Shown one piece after another: positions 53,063 through 64,000 of a stretch of DNA of 64,000 bases. Where the stretch lies: the NCBI GenBank assembly GCA_964486815.1, contig CAZAOO010000007.1:2919-66918 (forward strand), in the 5' to 3' direction. A program made the translations under genes and the position numbers. A model generated the notes under the pieces. That model had not been told where the DNA came from. It was given only the letters and a program-made list of their open reading frames with translations, and did no database searches. Within the stretch, counting starts at the first letter, position 1; every line of letters starts with the position of its first letter. This DNA is from an uncultured Thiotrichales bacterium (GTDB lineage Bacteria; Pseudomonadota; Gammaproteobacteria; UBA4575).

Positions 53063-53356
53063 CTAGTTACGATTCTCTTGAGATTCACCCTCTACAATAT
53101 GAATAAAGGTTTCATCCTTCTTAATCATCCCCAACTCGCTCCTTGCGCGCTCCTCTATTGCCTCAAGACCTGTTTTCAGATCCTCTACTTCAGCAGCTAG
53201 TACAGCATTGCGTTGCTTGATTTGTTCATTTTTAGCCTGCTGCTCTTTAACCGTTTGCTTTAGATTCAAAACATCACGGACACTTGCATCACCAAACCAA
53301 AGTTTGGATTGTAGTAATAGCAATAAAATACTCAATATGATGATAATGACTTTCAC
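53063..53356 (-). CDS. ftsB: Cell division protein FtsB
   Basis: TM helix, LWFG, coiled coil, AIEERARSELGMIKKDETF. Confidence 0.95.
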   Translation of the reverse strand: MKVIIIILSILLLLLQSKLWFGDASVRDVLNLKQTVKEQQAKNEQIKQRNAVLAAEVEDLKTGLEAIEERARSELGMIKKDETFIHIVEGESQENRN

Positions 53357-53371
53357 GATCTACTCATATAA

Positions 53372-54658
<1,287 letters not shown>

Positions 54659-54703
54659 CTAAAATTACAGCTATTAACTTTTGCCTTGCTCATCAAGCTG
54701 GGC

Positions 54704-55543
54704 TTACGAAACCAGGTCTTGTTCTATAAAACCTGTTTTTTTAACCACATTATCAATTTCTTTTAATTGCTCTAACAGTGCTTTGATTTTTCCAAGCGGC
54801 CATGAATTTGGCCCGTCACTTTTAGCAGACTCTGGATCTGGGTGAGTTTCCATGAACAGTCCTGATACGCCGCTTGCTATTGCAGCTCTTGCTAATACCG
54901 GCACAAATTCGCGTTGACCTCCTGAACTGCCATCATTGCCACCTGGCAATTGGACTGAATGCGTTGCATCAAATACTACTGGGCAGCCAGTATCTCGCAT
55001 AATAGCCAAGGAACGCATATCAGATACTAAGTTGTTATAACCAAAAGATACACCACGCTCACACACCATTATATTTTCATTACCTTGGGCTTTAGCCTTA
55101 GCTACAACATGCTTCATTTCACTTGGTGATAAAAATTGCCCTTTTTTAATATTTACCGGTATTTTGCAGGCCGCAACACGCTGGATAAAATTAGTTTGAC
55201 GACACAGGAACGCTGGTGTTTGAAACACATCTACTACATCAGCAACCTCTTGCATCGGCGTATCTTCATGAACATCAGTAAGCACTGGTAGATTAAACTC
55301 TTTTTTCACCTGCGCAAGAATTTGTAAACCCTTCTCAATACCCAGCCCTCTAAAGCTATTAGCCGAAGAGCGATTGGCTTTATCAAAAGAAGACTTATAT
55401 ATAAATGGTATTTGTAGTTGTTGGGTAATTTCTTGCAACTTACCAGCAGTTTCTCGTGCTAATTCGAGACTCTCGATCACACACGGTCCGGCAATCAGAA
55501 AAAAGGGCTGTTGCAGCCCTACTTCAAATTCACAAAGTTTCAT
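54704..55543 (-). CDS. kdsA: KDO8P synthase (start at MKLCEF)
   Basis: [29 protein letters not shown]. Confidence 0.97.
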   Translation of the reverse strand: MKLCEFEVGLQQPFFLIAGPCVIESLELARETAGKLQEITQQLQIPFIYKSSFDKANRSSANSFRGLGIEKGLQILAQVKKEFNLPVLTDVHEDTPMQEVADVVDVFQTPAFLCRQTNFIQRVAACKIPVNIKKGQFLSPSEMKHVVAKAKAQGNENIMVCERGVSFGYNNLVSDMRSLAIMRDTGCPVVFDATHSVQLPGGNDGSSGGQREFVPVLARAAIASGVSGLFMETHPDPESAKSDGPNSWPLGKIKALLEQLKEIDNVVKKTGFIEQDLVS

Positions 55544-55547
55544 TAGC

Positions 55548-57263
<1,716 letters not shown>

Positions 57264-57336
57264 CTATACCTCGCATGCACTAGGGTATAACGACTACCGT
57301 ATAGTGCTGATTGTTGTGGTGAGAATGTATTCAAGA

Positions 57337-57374
57337 CGGGAGAAAAGCGTATCAAATGAAGCGCTTAACCACAA
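57337..57374 (-). promoter_or_regulatory. Putative sigma70 promoter of pyrG
   Basis: TTGTGG (57374-57369), 17-bp spacer ending in TGA, TACGCT (57351-57346), then TTTCTCCCG start region. Confidence 0.45.
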
Positions 57375-57404
57375 TCTATAGATCAGATAAATTAGGTTTC
57401 ACAG

Positions 57405-58688
57405 CTAATTATTGACTTCAAAATCGCACCCTGAATTGCAGTGGCCCAGTACTGAAATGAGTTGGTCATGATGATAAAGTAAAGGGATACGAGATCTTTT
57501 CCAAGGTGGAATTTCCGCTTCTTGTAGAAGGTTTTTCAATGACCTATGTTGCTTACTTCCAAATGGCTTTAGGCGCTCACCACCCTCACGAAATCTAACC
57601 GTTAATTCGTTAACACCTTCTGGAATGACTATATCTGCATCTTTTAGGTCTTCAGGAAGCAATGTTCTATCCAGAGATTCTATATAAAGCGGTTGGTCAA
57701 TTTTCCAACGTATTATCTGGCTCGTATCATGTGGTTGCAGCGGACGCATTAGATATAAGTGATCACGAAAACGCCGGATTTCGCCTTCTTTCCATGTTTG
57801 CAGTGGTGAAGTTTCGATATTATTTTTTAACACTATATCGGCAACGATTTGTTTCAATACTTTCTTGCTGGGGACGCGCATACCGTTAAATTTAATCCAA
57901 AAACGTAGCGCATTGTTTAAACGCTCACGGCTGAGTGTTTGTAATGCGGTGACCTTTAACCTTAGAGATTCATCAGTCCTGGCTGCCTGGATATCCTGCT
58001 GCGCAAGTTCTTGCAAACAGCTTAGCGTTTCTGCCTGCAATGCAGCTGACCTAGCTAAGGTTTGTTGCGCTGATGGCCAACGCTTCAGCAGTATTGGCAT
58101 GACTTCATTGCGTACATAATTACGATCAAAATCATTACTTTGGTTAGATGGGTCATCTACCCAATTCAATTGGTGAGTTCTTGCATACTGCAATAAATCA
58201 GCACGAGAATGAGCCAAAAGCGGTCTAAGATGTATGCCGATGGATAACGATTTACATTCCGGCATTGTCGCAAGCCCGGCAGGACCGGCACCACGTAACA
58301 ATTGCAGTAAAATGGTTTCTGCCAAATCATCTTGATGATGTGCGGTTATGATCGCAGATTTAGCATTTAACATCTTTTCTAAAAATGCATATCTTGTATG
58401 TCTTGCCAGTTCTTCAAGACTTTTTTGTGGTTGTTTGGTTATTCGAGCATGCTGAATTGTTAATGGGATAGATAAATCATTACAAAATTCTTCACAGAGT
58501 TGCTGCCAACGATCGCAATCACTTTGCAAATGATGATTTATATGCACCGCATGTATTGGAAGTTTTGCTGCGTGCATAGCATGTAGTAATACTGTTGAGT
58601 CAAGACCCCCACTATATGCGACATATAATTTTTCAAGGTCTTTGTATTTTGTGAAAAAACTTTGCAGCTGGGTAGTAGAAAAAGACAT
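57405..58688 (-). CDS. tilS: tRNA(Ile)-lysidine synthetase
   Basis: AYSGGLDS PP-loop, TAHHQDDLAET, DPSN..RNYVR, IPPWKR. Confidence 0.96.
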   Translation of the reverse strand: MSFSTTQLQSFFTKYKDLEKLYVAYSGGLDSTVLLHAMHAAKLPIHAVHINHHLQSDCDRWQQLCEEFCNDLSIPLTIQHARITKQPQKSLEELARHTRYAFLEKMLNAKSAIITAHHQDDLAETILLQLLRGAGPAGLATMPECKSLSIGIHLRPLLAHSRADLLQYARTHQLNWVDDPSNQSNDFDRNYVRNEVMPILLKRWPSAQQTLARSAALQAETLSCLQELAQQDIQAARTDESLRLKVTALQTLSRERLNNALRFWIKFNGMRVPSKKVLKQIVADIVLKNNIETSPLQTWKEGEIRRFRDHLYLMRPLQPHDTSQIIRWKIDQPLYIESLDRTLLPEDLKDADIVIPEGVNELTVRFREGGERLKPFGSKQHRSLKNLLQEAEIPPWKRSRIPLLYHHDQLISVLGHCNSGCDFEVNN

Positions 58689-58723
58689 CCGTAGTTACAT
58701 CACTGCACAGTTATTAAAAAATC

Positions 58724-59686
58724 TTAGTTAGATTCTTTGTATTCTCCATACCCTGTAAGTCTTTTAAATCTATTCTCCAGCAACTGTTCCGTAGTTTCTG
58801 ACTTCAATCGATCTAAAGTAGCCGCTAATGAGATCCTTACATTTTCACAGGTGCTGTCTACATCTCTATGCGAGCCACCCAGCGGCTCTTGGATGATCTC
58901 ATCAATTAAACCCAACTCTAACAAGCGTGGAGCGGTAATACCCAATGCGGTCGCAGCTTCTTCAGCACGAGTAGAGTCTTTCCATAAAATAGATGCGCAG
59001 CCTTCAGGCGAAATAACTGAATAAGTACTGTAACTAAGCATAGCTAAATAATCGCCTACACCTATAGCTAGCGCCCCACCTGAACCACCTTCACCAATCA
59101 CCGTACAAATAATCGGTACACGTAACGAAGACATTCTCTGTAAATTCAATGCTATCGCCTGACTTTGTCCACGCTCTTCTGCACCTATACCTGGATAAGC
59201 ACCAGGCGTATCAATAAAAGTAAAAACCGGCATCTTGAAACGCTCAGCCATCTCCATTACACGCAGCGCCTTGCGGTACCCCTCAGGGCGTGGCATACCA
59301 AAATTACGTTTTATATTCTCATTGGTATTACGACCTTTTTGGTGCCCGATTATCGCAACCGATTGACCGTCAAATCTTGCAATGCCTGACACGATAGCCG
59401 CATCATCCGCGTACATGCGATCACCATGTAATTCAGAGAAATCAGTAAAAAGCTTTTCGACATAATCCAGTGTATAAGGCCGCTTTGTATGTCGCGCTAA
59501 TTGTGCAACTTGCCAAGGTGATAAATTAGAAAAAATAGACTCAATTAAGCTCTTTGACTTAGCTTGCAGCTTGGTAATTTCTTCATTGAGATTAAATTCA
59601 TTATCGCTCTCAACCAGCCGAAGTTCCTCAATTTTAGCTTCAAGCTCAACGATGGGTTGTTCAAATTCAAGATAGTCAGGATTCAT
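58724..59686 (-). CDS. accA: Acetyl-CoA carboxylase carboxyltransferase alpha subunit
   Basis: [39 protein letters not shown]. Confidence 0.98.
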   Translation of the reverse strand: MNPDYLEFEQPIVELEAKIEELRLVESDNEFNLNEEITKLQAKSKSLIESIFSNLSPWQVAQLARHTKRPYTLDYVEKLFTDFSELHGDRMYADDAAIVSGIARFDGQSVAIIGHQKGRNTNENIKRNFGMPRPEGYRKALRVMEMAERFKMPVFTFIDTPGAYPGIGAEERGQSQAIALNLQRMSSLRVPIICTVIGEGGSGGALAIGVGDYLAMLSYSTYSVISPEGCASILWKDSTRAEEAATALGITAPRLLELGLIDEIIQEPLGGSHRDVDSTCENVRISLAATLDRLKSETTEQLLENRFKRLTGYGEYKESN

Positions 59687-59737
59687 TCTAGTCTAGTTTT
59701 ATCAAGAAACAGGTATAAAGATACAGGCAATTATGCA

Positions 59738-62700
59738 TTAATACTTTGCTTCTTTGTATACGACACTGGTATTTAACACTCCAGATACCTTACTCAAGCG
59801 CTGCAGAAGTTTTTCATCCAAAGATATATTCCAATCATCCCCAAATTTGAGCTTTGTTTCGACCGATTTGTTTTGATATTCGATCATAATCGAGCAATTA
59901 CCATCCTTAAAAGGCATCAGTAATTGTTGCAAGTCTTGCACCCAGCTCAATGAGTCGCCTTCTGATTTGATCCTAATATTTAACATCGCACCAAACTGCT
60001 TTAAATAATCATCAAAACTCCAAACATGATCCGCACGCACCCGTACACGTCCAGTATATTCATCCCAACCAAGGCTACCTTTAATAATTAAAATAGCATC
60101 CTTAATCAATACATGATCAAACTTTGCATAATCCTGTGCAAACACAGCAATATCCATTCTACCGGTATTGTCGTCTAAACTTAAAAAAGCAATGCGTCCT
60201 TTAGGACTATTACGTAATCGTATCTGATCTAATAAACCTGCGACTAATATAGTTTTTGACTCATCACGTGCTTGCCAAGACTTTTGCGGCCCCAAATCAT
60301 TACCTGTAGCGAGCAATTCTTTAATATTCTTACTTGTTATTTTATCTAGCTCATCACGGTAACGCGTTATTGGGTGCCCTGTTAAATACAAGCCCAGAGT
60401 TTCACGTTCACCAAGTAGTTTTTTCTCTTCTTCCCATTCAGGCACTTCCTGCACCTTGCTGCTTTTCATACTCACTTCTGCATGACCAAACATGTCATTT
60501 TGTCCCGCATCATCATCGCGATGTCGTTGCTCAGCAAAACGCAAAGATTTATCAAGATGCTGGAATAAACTCGCACGTGTATAACCGAAACAATCCATAG
60601 CACCTGCACGTATCAAAGCTTCAATACAACGGCGATTGACTTTTTGCGATCCAAGACGCAAACAGAAATCATCCAAATCTTGGTATGCGCCATTTTGTTC
60701 ACGCTCCAAAACCATTTCTTCTACAGCAGCTTCACCAACACCTTTTAGTGCACCCAAGCCGTATAAAACAATATTATCTTCAGGCACTGTAAAATTATAG
60801 TTTGAACTATTAATATTTGGTGAAAGCACATTGATATTCATGCCACGACATTCATCAATGAGGATAACAACTTTATCAGTGTTATCTAAATCAGAAGACA
60901 TCACTGACGACATGAACTCAGCAGGATAATGTGTTTTCAACCAAGCAGTTTGATACGCTAACAAAGCATATGCAACAGAGTGCGACTTATTGAACCCGTA
61001 ACCTGCAAACTTTTCCATCAGATCGAAAATATGTGTAGCAAGTTTTAGATCTACACCACGTTTTACTGCACCGCTTTCGAATATTTCACGCTGCTTCTCC
61101 ATCTCTTCAGGTTTCTTTTTGCCCATAGCGCGGCGCAACAAGTCAGCACCGCCAAGCGTATAGCCTGCCAATATCTGCGCAATCTGCATTACCTGCTCTT
61201 GATACAGAATAACGCCATAAGTTTCTTTTAGTATGTGCTCAATATCAGGATGAAAATAATCTACACGCGCACCATGCTTGCGTAGAATGAAGTCGTCTAC
61301 CATTCCTGACTGCAATGGTCCAGGTCGATAAAGCGCAACAAGTGCAACAATCTCACCAAACGTATCTGGTTGAAGTCGTTTGATAATATCTTTTATACCA
61401 CTAGACTCTAGTTGAAATACTGCTGTGGTTTGTTGACGTTTTAAGGTTTCATAGGTCGCGGAATCATCTAGTGGCAAGTCTTCAATTTCAACTGGTGGTT
61501 GCTTGAGTAGTCCCAGCTTTTTGTTTACTAACTGAACGGTATTATCAATGATTGTGAGTGTTCTTAAGCCCAAAAAGTCAAACTTAACTAACCCCATCGC
61601 CTCAACGTCGTCTTTATCTAATTGCGTAACAACATTGGTTCCACCTGGCTCGCAATATAACGGTGTAAATGCAGTTAGTTCTGTAGGTGCAATCACAACA
61701 CCCCCCGCATGCTTGCCCGCATTACGCACTATGCCTTCCAGCATCAGTGCCATATCAAATACACTACGCACATCTTCTTCGTTGTTATATTGATCTTTCA
61801 GCGTTGGCTCTGCTTTCAGCGCTTTATCTAACGTCATACCTACTTCAAATGGAATCAACTTGGCAATACGATCAACAAAGCCATAAGGATGACCCAGTAC
61901 TCGCCCAACATCTCGCACTACCGCACGCGCCGCCATCGTACCGTAGGTAATAATTTGACTTACCCGCGAACGTCCATAGCGTTCGGCAACATAATCAATA
62001 ACTCGATCTCGATTATCCATACAAAAATCGATATCAAAGTCAGGCATAGAAACACGTTCCGGATTTAGGAAACGCTCAAATAGCAAATCATATTTAAGCG
62101 GATCTACATCCGTAATACCCAGCACATAAGCAACCAAAGAACCTGCACCTGAGCCACGTCCTGGCCCTACGGGCACTGCATTCGCTTTAGCCCAACTTGT
62201 AAAATCTGCAACGATGAGAAAATATCCTGCGTAGCCCATGGTATTAATTACATCTAATTCAATATCCAAACGATCCTGATATTTTTGTTTCGTTTCAGGA
62301 TCATCAATTTTTAATTTTTGCAGACGTCTTTGCAAACCCTGTTCAGATTGCTGACGCATATATTCTGATGGCGTATGCGTCTCAGGAATTGGGAATTCTG
62401 GCAATACATTCTCACCAAAAGATAAAGTAACATTACAGCGCTTTGCAATTTCAACAGTATTGGTAATTGCTTCGGGAATATCTTTGAATAACTCCATCAT
62501 CTCTTCACTACTGCGAAGATACTGTTGTGAAGAATATAATTTGGGACGTCGTGGATCATTTATTACTCTGCTAGTATGAATGCATACACGCACCTCATGA
62601 GCACCAAACTCATTTTTCTCTAAAAATCGAACGTCATTGCTTGCTACAACAGGCAATGAATATATAGCTGCAAGCTTAACCGCCTGTTGATTATAAATAT

Positions 62701-63229
62701 CTTCATCTTCTCTACCTGTACGCTGTAATTCTATATAGTAATTGTCTTTAAAGTGTTTCTTCCAGAATGAGGCATACTCTACTGCTAATTTTTTATTGCC
62801 CGAAACAATCGCACGCCCAACATCACCATCTCGTGCTCCTGAAATCACAATTAGGTTCTTACCCGCTCCAACCAGCCAATCCCGCTCAAGGGTTGGACCA
62901 CTACCTCTTTGACCCTCTAAGTAGGCTCGAGTTACCAGTCTAGTAAGCTCTTGGTAACCAGCATTGTTTTTACATAAAAAAACAACTCGTGAATTTGGAT
63001 CTTTTGCTGAAAGCCCAGATATCTGAGCCTCAACACCAATTATAGGTTTAATGCCATTTTTTAATGCCCTTTGATAAAACTTTACTAATGCGAATAAATT
63101 ATTAAAGTCGGTTAAAGCAACCGAAGACATACCTGAACTACTAAGCTGTTCCATAAGCTTTGGCACACGTACAATACTATCTATAAGCGAATACTCGGTG
63201 TGTAAGTGTAAATGTACAAATTGCGACAT
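59738..63229 (-). CDS. dnaE: DNA polymerase III alpha subunit
   Basis: FVHLHLHTEYS PHP domain, GPGRGSGAGS, SMPDFDIDF, KFDFLGL, GFNKSH; no intein-sized insertion. Confidence 0.98.
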   Translation of the reverse strand: MSQFVHLHLHTEYSLIDSIVRVPKLMEQLSSSGMSSVALTDFNNLFALVKFYQRALKNGIKPIIGVEAQISGLSAKDPNSRVVFLCKNNAGYQELTRLVTRAYLEGQRGSGPTLERDWLVGAGKNLIVISGARDGDVGRAIVSGNKKLAVEYASFWKKHFKDNYYIELQRTGREDEDIYNQQAVKLAAIYSLPVVASNDVRFLEKNEFGAHEVRVCIHTSRVINDPRRPKLYSSQQYLRSSEEMMELFKDIPEAITNTVEIAKRCNVTLSFGENVLPEFPIPETHTPSEYMRQQSEQGLQRRLQKLKIDDPETKQKYQDRLDIELDVINTMGYAGYFLIVADFTSWAKANAVPVGPGRGSGAGSLVAYVLGITDVDPLKYDLLFERFLNPERVSMPDFDIDFCMDNRDRVIDYVAERYGRSRVSQIITYGTMAARAVVRDVGRVLGHPYGFVDRIAKLIPFEVGMTLDKALKAEPTLKDQYNNEEDVRSVFDMALMLEGIVRNAGKHAGGVVIAPTELTAFTPLYCEPGGTNVVTQLDKDDVEAMGLVKFDFLGLRTLTIIDNTVQLVNKKLGLLKQPPVEIEDLPLDDSATYETLKRQQTTAVFQLESSGIKDIIKRLQPDTFGEIVALVALYRPGPLQSGMVDDFILRKHGARVDYFHPDIEHILKETYGVILYQEQVMQIAQILAGYTLGGADLLRRAMGKKKPEEMEKQREIFESGAVKRGVDLKLATHIFDLMEKFAGYGFNKSHSVAYALLAYQTAWLKTHYPAEFMSSVMSSDLDNTDKVVILIDECRGMNINVLSPNINSSNYNFTVPEDNIVLYGLGALKGVGEAAVEEMVLEREQNGAYQDLDDFCLRLGSQKVNRRCIEALIRAGAMDCFGYTRASLFQHLDKSLRFAEQRHRDDDAGQNDMFGHAEVSMKSSKVQEVPEWEEEKKLLGERETLGLYLTGHPITRYRDELDKITSKNIKELLATGNDLGPQKSWQARDESKTILVAGLLDQIRLRNSPKGRIAFLSLDDNTGRMDIAVFAQDYAKFDHVLIKDAILIIKGSLGWDEYTGRVRVRADHVWSFDDYLKQFGAMLNIRIKSEGDSLSWVQDLQQLLMPFKDGNCSIMIEYQNKSVETKLKFGDDWNISLDEKLLQRLSKVSGVLNTSVVYKEAKY

Positions 63230-63248
63230 ACGTAATTACTAAATAAAT

Positions 63249-63848
63249 TTATATTGCATTCAATGCAGTCATTGCATCTTTTACAGGCTTGTAACTTTTA
63301 CGGTGCAATTTGCATGGCCCATGTTCTTGTAATGCAGCTATATGTTTCACTGTAGGATAACCTTTATGCTGGTCAAAACCGTATTGCGGCAAAACTCTGT
63401 GATGCGCTTCCATTTCTGCGTCACGAGTTACTTTTGCAAGTATCGATGCTGCACTTATCTCTGCAACCAGCTGATCACCTTTTACTATCGCAGTACATGG
63501 GACTTGTAATGCAGGACAATGCAACCCATCGATATATACATGGATGGCTTCCTCCTGCATGGCGACATATGCACGCTGCATGGCTAACAATGTCGCCTGA
63601 TGAATATTTATTTTATCTATTTCATCTGCCGTAGCATAACCGAGCCCCCAGGCTCGCGCTTTATGTTTAATTTCGTTAAATAGAAACTGCCGCTTCTTAG
63701 CAGTAAGCTTTTTAGAATCCGCCAAGCCTTGAATTTGAACGCTCGGATCTAAAATCACACAGCCCGCAACCACAGGACCCGCCAGCGGACCTCGGCCTGC
63801 TTCATCTATTCCCGCCACAAGATTTAATTCTGATTTTATAATAGACAT
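63249..63848 (-). CDS. rnhB: Ribonuclease HII
   Basis: [36 protein letters not shown]. Confidence 0.97.
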   Translation of the reverse strand: MSIIKSELNLVAGIDEAGRGPLAGPVVAGCVILDPSVQIQGLADSKKLTAKKRQFLFNEIKHKARAWGLGYATADEIDKINIHQATLLAMQRAYVAMQEEAIHVYIDGLHCPALQVPCTAIVKGDQLVAEISAASILAKVTRDAEMEAHHRVLPQYGFDQHKGYPTVKHIAALQEHGPCKLHRKSYKPVKDAMTALNAI

Positions 63849-64000
63849 TTAAATATATTTTCTACTCAAGCTTTTTATGGGCGTATGGCTACGTTTTAAC
63901 CAATTCGATAAGACCAACGTTATACCTAGATAGGTAAAGTTCGTATACTGCGCGCTTAGTTAAAAGGATACCTAAAAACCAGTGTCAGAGATACGAACAG

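Noticed and set aside
59738-63229. Intein or split in dnaE
   Set aside because: Normal length (1163 aa), continuous motifs, no splice-junction signatures

Overview
AT-rich gammaproteobacterial chromosomal core region, mostly housekeeping genes on the minus strand. Order: purF(5' fragment)-cvpA-dedD-folC-accD-trpAB-trpF-truA-fimV-asd-leuBDC-MFS-aroC; SCO-psd; epmA-efp/epmB; a fimW-fimX-like c-di-GMP/type IV pilus pair; htpX-parC-parE; a lone AddA/RecB-like helicase-nuclease; dsbC-xerD; RDD plus a ~1.7 kb accessory insert; lptGF; pepA-holC-hypothetical-valS; small genes (thioesterase, S4 protein, cold-shock protein, DUF2007-like, secreted His-motif protein, VOC); tsaB-yoaA-ispFD-ftsB-eno-kdsA-pyrG-tilS-accA-dnaE-rnhB. 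I saw no rRNA, tRNA, CRISPR array, transposase or phage gene. Best candidate for something undescribed: the 122-aa ORF just upstream of valS, which has a PopZ-like layout (short N-motif, disordered linker, C-terminal amphipathic helix) in the position popZ occupies in alphaproteobacteria. Other leads: a FimX-like protein lacking the EAL c-di-GMP-binding Arg next to a PilZ-motif FimW, CsrA-type GGA hairpins in two intergenic regions, AddA without adjacent AddB, and a secreted protein with superoxide-reductase-like motifs. All family assignments come from motif recognition and synteny, not from database searches.
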